DNA of 64,000 nucleotides from an uncultured Candidatus Saccharibacteria bacterium (GTDB lineage Bacteria; Patescibacteriota; Saccharimonadia; Saccharimonadales; JACDBH01): NCBI GenBank assembly GCA_965231105.1, contig OZ246417.1, positions 100,094 to 164,093 of the forward strand, read 5' to 3'. Shown piece by piece: positions 57,793 to 64,000 of this stretch (position 1 is its first letter; each line of letters starts with the position of its first letter). The notes under the pieces were generated by a model. It saw only the letters and a program-made list of their open reading frames with translations, ran no database searches and was not told where the DNA came from. The position numbers and the translations under genes were made by a program.

Positions 57793-58206
57793 CTATTTAA
57801 GTTGAGCCAAAAACTCCACGAGTTCTTTAGGGGTAATATCTGCCTTAATAAGGTAGCCATCAGCTTGCGCTTCGATTTCTTTTCGAATTTCATCGTCTTG
57901 CACGAGATTAGTGGTGATAATGATTTTGCTATGAATCTGCGGTGTTTGCGCGGGATCCCGTAAGGCTCGCAGGATTTCCATGCCGGTTACCCCAGGCACC
58001 ATAAGATCCAAAAGGATAATATCGTAGGCGTCGGTTTTGGCGAGCTTGAGGCCATCGGTGCCATCGAGCGCATTCGTAACCTCATAGCCTGCCTTACGTA
58101 AAGCTCGCTCATAAAGCTCACTAATAAAATATTCGTCCTCAATGCAGAGGACTTTTAAGCCCACGGGTGGTGGTGAGCTTGGGGTTGGTGACTGCATTTC
58201 GACCAT
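57793..58206 (-). CDS. standalone response-regulator receiver domain protein
   Basis: IEDEY, YDIILLDLMVPGVTG, ITTN and K (YLIKADI). No output domain. It lies 2 nt downstream of its kinase. Confidence 0.85.
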   Translation of the reverse strand: MVEMQSPTPSSPPPVGLKVLCIEDEYFISELYERALRKAGYEVTNALDGTDGLKLAKTDAYDIILLDLMVPGVTGMEILRALRDPAQTPQIHSKIIITTNLVQDDEIRKEIEAQADGYLIKADITPKELVEFLAQLK

Positions 58207-58208
58207 GG

Positions 58209-59753
58209 TTACCTCCTGTACATTGAATGATTTTTTATCCAGCCGTGCGCCTGACGTTCAATCGTATTACTGCCGGTATCTTTGAGCTGGCTGGCAACTC
58301 GTTCATATGGCTGAAGAGTAAACCCGAAGCTACTTCCCTCTCCGTCTTTACTTTGTACCCAGACGGTACCGCCATGGGCAGATACGATAGCTTTCACAAG
58401 GTATAATCCAAGTCCGCTACCGCTAATGGTGCCTTTCGAGCGATGTGAGCGATAGAACTTTGTAAAAAGATGCTTCACCGCGCTGGGTGGAATACCTATC
58501 CCAAAGTCCTGCACCACTGTTTCTATCGTACCATCTTTGGACGAATGGGCATGCACGACGACCTTATCTGAATCTCCGCTATACTTCACGGCGTTATCAA
58601 TAAGGTTGCTCATCACTTCATACATGCTAATCTTATCGACCGCTACTGACGGTAGATCAGGAGCGATATCAAGCTCAAGGCGTTTGCCTCGTACCTTGAC
58701 GCGTAGTTCTAGGTCACGGCAAATTTCCTGCAAAAGATCACCCCATTTCGCTTCATGCAGACTAAGTGTTAGCTGATTTTCGTCTACGCGTGCAACATTT
58801 AAAATGTTACTCACAAACGCAGCGAGTGTTTGGGCTGAAGCACTCATTTTATGCATAAAGTCGCGGAGTTCAGGGGTAAGCTGGGTGTCTAACTCATCCT
58901 CAAACACCTCGATGTATCCTCTTAAGACCGTCAAGGGTGTGCGTAGCTCATGCACGGCCAGGGCCACATAACTGGTACCTGTATCTTCAGTACTATATTT
59001 TTCGCTATGATCAAAGAGGGCTAATAAGGTTTCAAAACCGGTAGGGTTGTCTTTTGAATAGCGCGCAATGAGATCAAACTGGCGGGATCCCTTATCGTCC
59101 GGCAACTGGAGGCGTACTCGATCCCAGGAAAAAGTAGCATCGGCTCGTTTCGACTGCGATTCTTTCAGCCATTCTTCCAGTGTGGAGCCGCCCGAAAAAG
59201 AGAGCTGCAAAGCATCGTAGATATATTTCCCCGTTAAATCTTCATGTGTACGTTCGGCAAATCTGCTGGCAAGGCCATTCGCATAGGCAATCTTCATTTC
59301 ACTATCAAGCGCTAGCACTGGCATTGGTAAGTACTCTAAGAAGCTGCGTGCTCCCTGATCGAGTGGGTTAACCATCTTCCCTTCTTGCCGAGGCATTGTC
59401 CCGTTTGTGCTGGCAAGATTATATACTTCATTAATTAAGGCTTTCGCAAATTCCTTGCCTGTTTGTAGAGCTTCTAGATCCGGTGCGGGAACATCTTCTT
59501 CGGATGGACTTATATGCCAAATAGCCTGCCAGATTGCTTTAAGGGGCTGAATGCTCAGTGCAACGATAGTGAGCGTGCTGAGCAGTGCAAGAACGAGTGC
59601 AATAGGCGTAAGGGCTACAAGCAAACCGATGTCACTGAGATTAACGCGGGGTTTTAAGAGCATGAAGATGACTAGAAGAAGTGCATTCGAAAGAAATACT
59701 AAAAGAAATACCCGAATCGCAAGCTGGTTCGATAATTTCTTTAAGTGATTCAT
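58209..59753 (-). CDS. sensor histidine kinase (2 TM, PAS-like, HisKA, HATPase)
   Basis: H box VHELRTPLTVLRGY, N box NLIDNAVKYS, G1 QDFGIGI and G2 GSGLGLYL. Confidence 0.9.
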   Translation of the reverse strand: MNHLKKLSNQLAIRVFLLVFLSNALLLVIFMLLKPRVNLSDIGLLVALTPIALVLALLSTLTIVALSIQPLKAIWQAIWHISPSEEDVPAPDLEALQTGKEFAKALINEVYNLASTNGTMPRQEGKMVNPLDQGARSFLEYLPMPVLALDSEMKIAYANGLASRFAERTHEDLTGKYIYDALQLSFSGGSTLEEWLKESQSKRADATFSWDRVRLQLPDDKGSRQFDLIARYSKDNPTGFETLLALFDHSEKYSTEDTGTSYVALAVHELRTPLTVLRGYIEVFEDELDTQLTPELRDFMHKMSASAQTLAAFVSNILNVARVDENQLTLSLHEAKWGDLLQEICRDLELRVKVRGKRLELDIAPDLPSVAVDKISMYEVMSNLIDNAVKYSGDSDKVVVHAHSSKDGTIETVVQDFGIGIPPSAVKHLFTKFYRSHRSKGTISGSGLGLYLVKAIVSAHGGTVWVQSKDGEGSSFGFTLQPYERVASQLKDTGSNTIERQAHGWIKNHSMYRR

Positions 59754-61042
59754 GGCTGGAAGGTTACAGAGCCAGGCGTATCAACCATTGCGAGCCATGT
59801 CTGACCAGGATTGAACGTGAGTGTATTGCCGTTCGCATCGGTAAACTTCCACTGTGCGGTACGACTCGTCTTGCTCCAGGTTCCTTCGCTCACGACACCA
59901 TCTTGGAAAACAAAGACTTTGCCGGATCCTGTTGTGGTGTAGGCGGTATGCTGTCCATCGGCATCAATGCCACGTTGCATAACAATTGCCACAACTACTT
60001 TTGGCGCGAGCTGTGCTCCTGAGCGTTCGTCGAGATGAGGTTTGCCACCCTCGCTGCGCTTATAGGTATTGGTGCCAACATCATAGTCATAATGGACGTT
60101 ATATAACGTACTGGAGATATCAAGATCAATTGTTCGGGCAGTTGGAGTGGCGGCTGCCTTCTCTTCCTTACGCTCAAAACCGGTAAAGTTGGCAGTGTTA
60201 AACCCTTTCTTTTCTTCCAGTTCGTTCAGTTTAGCGATTGAAGTATAGACATTGTGTGGTGCGTAACGCTGCGTGATACGGGTATAGCTGCCAGAATTTG
60301 CGAACTGATCCAGATCTTTCGCGCCTGTACTCTTAATATCGCTCAATGCTTTTGGTGAGCCGCCCACATGGGCAATGGCAGCATCAAATGGCAAGAACCA
60401 ATCAAGATAATAAGGACGAACCGAACGGATAGGTCCTACATAATCTGGTTCAATATCTTGATAGAGTGCGAGGAAGCGAGTAATGCCACCCTCTGCCACC
60501 GCTTCAAACACAACACTTGCATCTTTTAATCCAGACTGCGGACGAGCTTCGAGGCTATTTTCAATCATGACGCCGGTTACTTGGCGTTCATTCACGCTTG
60601 GATCAACCTGTAGGCCGCTCAGCTTAGAGGCAACGGTCGTTGGCTTTGGTACGGGTTTTTCGTATGGCTCTTCCTTTACTTCGGTGACGGTTCGGTCAGT
60701 TGAACCACGAATTAAGAACCACCAGGCGGAACCTACGCCGCCTAAGAATAGGAGCGCAATCATACTAAAGATAATCCACTGTTTCTTGCCATGAGGTGGA
60801 AAGAACGTGAGGCGCTTTTTAAAGAAGCCTTTTTTGGGCTTGTCTGATTTTGGTCCCTCTGGCTTTAGGGGCCCGTTATTTTCGGTCTCAGCTAACTCTT
60901 CAGGTGGAACAAAATCTGGTTCCGGTGCCTCATCTTTATTGGACACAAATGCATCCGTATTTTTAATCTTGGGTGTCTCGCTCAATCCTAATTTAGGCCG
61001 TTTGGGCCGAATAAAGTCATCCATTGGTATGTAGTGTACCAT
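59750..61042 (-). CDS. DUF3048-domain membrane-anchored protein
   Basis: One TM helix, then ASVVFEAVAEGGITRFLALYQD...GPIRSVRPYYLDW, typical of DUF3048 (YerB-like). It overlaps the downstream kinase start by 4 nt. Confidence 0.65.
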   Translation of the reverse strand: MVHYIPMDDFIRPKRPKLGLSETPKIKNTDAFVSNKDEAPEPDFVPPEELAETENNGPLKPEGPKSDKPKKGFFKKRLTFFPPHGKKQWIIFSMIALLFLGGVGSAWWFLIRGSTDRTVTEVKEEPYEKPVPKPTTVASKLSGLQVDPSVNERQVTGVMIENSLEARPQSGLKDASVVFEAVAEGGITRFLALYQDIEPDYVGPIRSVRPYYLDWFLPFDAAIAHVGGSPKALSDIKSTGAKDLDQFANSGSYTRITQRYAPHNVYTSIAKLNELEEKKGFNTANFTGFERKEEKAAATPTARTIDLDISSTLYNVHYDYDVGTNTYKRSEGGKPHLDERSGAQLAPKVVVAIVMQRGIDADGQHTAYTTTGSGKVFVFQDGVVSEGTWSKTSRTAQWKFTDANGNTLTFNPGQTWLAMVDTPGSVTFQP

Positions 61043-61115
61043 ACCGCTTGCGCTTATAAAGTGTCTCCTGGCGAAATAGTAACTGTAATTTTCCTTATCT
61101 GTTAAAATCCTAGGT

Positions 61116-62774
61116 ATGTATTCAAAAGAGTTACACGACCGCCTTGTTTCACTGCTCGCACCAGACGGCTATACCCCTCGTACAGAAAGTGAAGCCCACT
61201 ACCCACCCCGCAGCTTGCCGGACGATGCAATTGTTACCCGTTCTGCCCCAAGCCCCACCGGTTTTGTACATATCGGCACTATTTATATGTCTCTTATTAA
61301 TAAGCTCGTAGCGCTGCGCACTAAAGGTGTAAATATGTTACGGGTTGAGGACACTGATAAAAAGCGTGAGATTGAGAATGGGATACGGATTATCGTTGAC
61401 GGTCTGCAGACATTTGGCCTGAAGGCAGATGAAGGTGTTGATGCAGATGGCGTAAGCTATGGAGAGTATGGTCCCTACCTTCAGAGTGAGCGTGGCAAGA
61501 TTTATCTCGGCTATGCAATCGAACTACTTGAAAAAGGCCGTGCTTATCCTGATTTTGCAACCCCTGAAGAGCTAGAGGCTAATTATAAGAAGCAGCAAGC
61601 CGCAAAAGTGCGCCCTGGCTATTATGGTGAATACGCACTGTGGCGAGATAAGCCTGAGGAAGATATAATTCGCGCTCTCGACGCTAACCAGCCCTTTGTA
61701 TTGCGCTTTAAGTCCGAAGGATCGCATAACCACCGTGTATCTATCAACGATGTATTAAAAGGTCGTGTTGAACTACCTGAAAACGATCTCGATGTGCCGC
61801 TTATTAAAAGTGACGAGTATCGTTTGCCGACATATCACCTGGCTCATGTCGTTGACGACCATCTCATGCAGACAAACATTGTCCTGCGTGGAGACGAGTG
61901 GCTACCTAGTACACCGCTTCATATTGAACTGGCGCAAGCTCTTAATATCTCACCGTTCCGCTACGCGCATTTTGCGCCGATTAACATTATGGATGGCAGT
62001 TCAAAGCGAAAGCTCAGCAAGCGGAAGGATCCACAGGCTGATGTACAGTACTTTATTAAGGCTGGATACCCTACCGAGGCTATTCTGGAATATCTCATTC
62101 GTCTCGCAAACAGCAACTTTGAAGATTGGCGCAAGGATAACCCGACTACTTCATTATGGGAGTTTCCTTTTAGTTTGGATAAATGGGCCAAGGCTCGCGG
62201 TGCTCTTCTCGATATCCAGAAGCTTGATGATGTAAGTAAAGATGTTATTGCTGCATTACCTCAAGATGAATATGAAAAAGAAATACTGGCTTGGGCGAAG
62301 CTTCATGACACAAAACTTTATGACGCAATGCAGCAAGACGTTGCCTATACCAAGAAAGTATTAGCAATTGAGCGCGAAGGAGAACTGAAACGAAAAGATC
62401 TCGCAAAATGGAGCGATGCACCGCTGCAGTATGCTTACTTCTACGACAGCCTCTTTGACACAGCTACTGCGAGCAAGGAACTCGCTGATGTAGACGCCGA
62501 TACTCAAACTACTGTGCTCAAAGAATTTCTTGATCGTTTTGATACAGCCGATGATCAGCCTACCTGGTTTGAAAAACTGAAGTCTGCAGCTGAGGCTGCT
62601 GGTTTTGCAACTGATCATAAAGCCTTTAAAGCTGAACCTGAAAAGTATAAGGGTAACCTGGCAGATTTCGCTCGGATTATCCGTATTAAGCTTACGGGCA
62701 AAAACCGTACTCCCGATTTATGGACCATCATGCAAGTCATGGGTGCTGACCGGGTTAATAGTAGACTTCAGTAA
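61116..62774 (+). CDS. gltX: glutamate--tRNA ligase
   Basis: HIGH-type PSPTGFVHIGT, KMSKS-type KLSKRK, and a long (552 aa) C-terminal anticodon-binding/extension region. Confidence 0.85.
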   Translation: MYSKELHDRLVSLLAPDGYTPRTESEAHYPPRSLPDDAIVTRSAPSPTGFVHIGTIYMSLINKLVALRTKGVNMLRVEDTDKKREIENGIRIIVDGLQTFGLKADEGVDADGVSYGEYGPYLQSERGKIYLGYAIELLEKGRAYPDFATPEELEANYKKQQAAKVRPGYYGEYALWRDKPEEDIIRALDANQPFVLRFKSEGSHNHRVSINDVLKGRVELPENDLDVPLIKSDEYRLPTYHLAHVVDDHLMQTNIVLRGDEWLPSTPLHIELAQALNISPFRYAHFAPINIMDGSSKRKLSKRKDPQADVQYFIKAGYPTEAILEYLIRLANSNFEDWRKDNPTTSLWEFPFSLDKWAKARGALLDIQKLDDVSKDVIAALPQDEYEKEILAWAKLHDTKLYDAMQQDVAYTKKVLAIEREGELKRKDLAKWSDAPLQYAYFYDSLFDTATASKELADVDADTQTTVLKEFLDRFDTADDQPTWFEKLKSAAEAAGFATDHKAFKAEPEKYKGNLADFARIIRIKLTGKNRTPDLWTIMQVMGADRVNSRLQ

Positions 62775-62776
62775 TC

Positions 62777-63907
62777 TTAGAGTGATGTAGCGATCTTAAT
62801 AAGCTGTGGGGTGTTGAGGCCAGAATTACCTCTAATTTCATACCATACACCGCTCTCTACCCAGGTAGCGTTAGAATCGCCATATAGATAGATAGTGCGG
62901 CCATTGTCGGTGTATTCTTGAACTTGCGTACCGGTAGTAGCAACATAATTATCTTTTAGTGCATTATTATCCCAGCTTGAGGATTTCTGAATAACCGTAT
63001 ATTGGCGATCGTCCACATTTGTTTCGTAATGAACAGCGACCTCGCCGGGACTGTACTGGATGGCATCATTAACCGCAAAGCCCGCAGGTTTATATCCGGG
63101 CAGACTGGCCTTTACGCCCGACTTAATACTGGCGTAACGAACCGCAAGATTAGGGATATTCTGATACGCGACAAATGAGCCCAATAACAAAACGGCAACG
63201 CTGGTAGCCGCAATATTGGTGGCTCGTCTGCCTAAGCCGATATGCTTCGCGACGCGATGACGAAGTGCAGTCTTTTTATGATGCGTCGGCGTGTGACTAG
63301 ACGCTGCGGCGAGACCTTTGCTAATTGCTTCTTCTTTAGGACTTCGCTTCGTAGCATGGGATTCGGTGGTCTTATGAGGATGCTGTATATGACTTGTGTG
63401 AGGATGTGCAGGTGCGGGAACGACATCTAGCTGTGCAACATGCTTAGACACGGGCGCTGGGTTAACGACGGGAGATTCTGGCGCTGAACGCACGGTAGAA
63501 CCAAAGCGGCTAATATGTGTGCTTCTTTCGACGGTATGTGCACGTTTTGCTCGTAATTCTAAAGGACTGCTCGCACTCCTTATTTGAGGCGCGACATCCC
63601 TCATGGCAGGCGGCGCAACAACAGGAGTTTGTGAGTGATTTACCGTCGGGGCGGCTGGTTTCTTGACGACATGCCGCATTAAAGTCTTACTAGGCTGAGA
63701 AGTTTTATGCACGTGACTGCTGGTAGTTTTTGAACGGTTAATACTGCTCGTAAAGGTCTTGCTCGGCGTAATATCTGATACGACGTGCGAGGGGGCAGCC
63801 GATGGTGAAACAGCAGCAACACGCTCTCCTGTGACAGCGTTATATCGTTGACCATTAATCTCAATAATAGCGGTGTGCTTTGAGGATGCTTTTGTTTTTT
63901 GTTCCAT
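62777..63907 (-). CDS. hypothetical single-pass membrane protein
   Basis: Basic His/Ser/Thr-rich cytoplasmic half, a TM helix (IAATSVAVLLLGSFVAY) and a ~130-aa extracytoplasmic beta-rich domain. No family recognised. Confidence 0.45.
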   Translation of the reverse strand: MEQKTKASSKHTAIIEINGQRYNAVTGERVAAVSPSAAPSHVVSDITPSKTFTSSINRSKTTSSHVHKTSQPSKTLMRHVVKKPAAPTVNHSQTPVVAPPAMRDVAPQIRSASSPLELRAKRAHTVERSTHISRFGSTVRSAPESPVVNPAPVSKHVAQLDVVPAPAHPHTSHIQHPHKTTESHATKRSPKEEAISKGLAAASSHTPTHHKKTALRHRVAKHIGLGRRATNIAATSVAVLLLGSFVAYQNIPNLAVRYASIKSGVKASLPGYKPAGFAVNDAIQYSPGEVAVHYETNVDDRQYTVIQKSSSWDNNALKDNYVATTGTQVQEYTDNGRTIYLYGDSNATWVESGVWYEIRGNSGLNTPQLIKIATSL

Positions 63908-64000
63908 TTTATGAGGCGTGCTTATCGCGAAATTGTTACCCTAAGCTACGCATCATCTTACTGTGCTTTCTATGTTCGCGCAAGCAAAGATTCTTAAAAT

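Noticed and set aside
57123-62774. Proximity of tRNA-Glu(CTC) and gltX, considered as a possible functional unit or island integration site.
   Set aside because: They are separated by about 4 kb of unrelated operons on opposite strands. No integrase or direct repeat of the tRNA 3' end is visible nearby.
1-64000. Possible alternative genetic code (UGA recoding as in some candidate-phyla lineages, or UAG readthrough suggested by two in-frame TAGs at 24628 and 26770).
   Set aside because: TGA ends full-length conserved proteins at the expected positions (mraY, the 2OG-like ORF, the kinase-like ORF at 10399). TAG ends pyrG and the FHA gene. Two in-frame TAGs are compatible with chance or decay.

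Overview
The window is a gene-dense bacterial chromosome segment that uses standard code 11. TGA, TAG and TAA all end full-length conserved proteins. GC looks mid-range by eye, apart from a visibly AT-rich stretch at about 23.9-27.8 kb.

Housekeeping genes include pyrG, rpmA, xseAB, recO, glyQS, galU-like, glmM, topA, dprA, pth, der, folP, a pseudouridine synthase, gltX and one tRNA-Glu(CTC). There is a compact dcw cluster (mraZ-rsmH-ftsL-ftsI-mraY-ftsW-murG-ftsQ). There are also three two-component modules whose response regulators are all bare receiver domains, plus many lineage-specific hypothetical ORFs.

The reduced style suggests a small-genome, Gram-positive-like lineage, possibly Patescibacteria/Saccharibacteria-like. 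This rests on the short MraZ and DprA, the standalone receivers, a sigma-region-4/HARE-HTH protein and an actinobacterial-type TopA tail. It is inference only and I cannot verify it here.

The main finding is an RHS/YD polymorphic-toxin locus at 16.6-25.5 kb:
- a 2315-aa signal-anchored RHS protein with three PA14 modules and an unassigned Gly-zipper-like C-terminal tip
- a translationally coupled putative immunity ORF
- a downstream orphan toxin-tip plus immunity cassette that shares a perfect 122-bp recombination repeat with the main gene
- a divergently transcribed protein made of four dockerin/EF-hand-like repeats

Secondary leads:
- an FHA protein with a PARP/ART-like HGT...IY signature, next to a receiver gene
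- a degenerate kinase / pseudo-receiver pair
- a four-box GTGGGTA putative MraZ operator
- a promoter-to-terminator-bounded ~340-nt structured non-coding transcript with no ORF
- a coupled 2OG-oxygenase-like / amidoligase-like gene pair
- a repeat-flanked non-coding segment where ftsA/ftsZ would be expected
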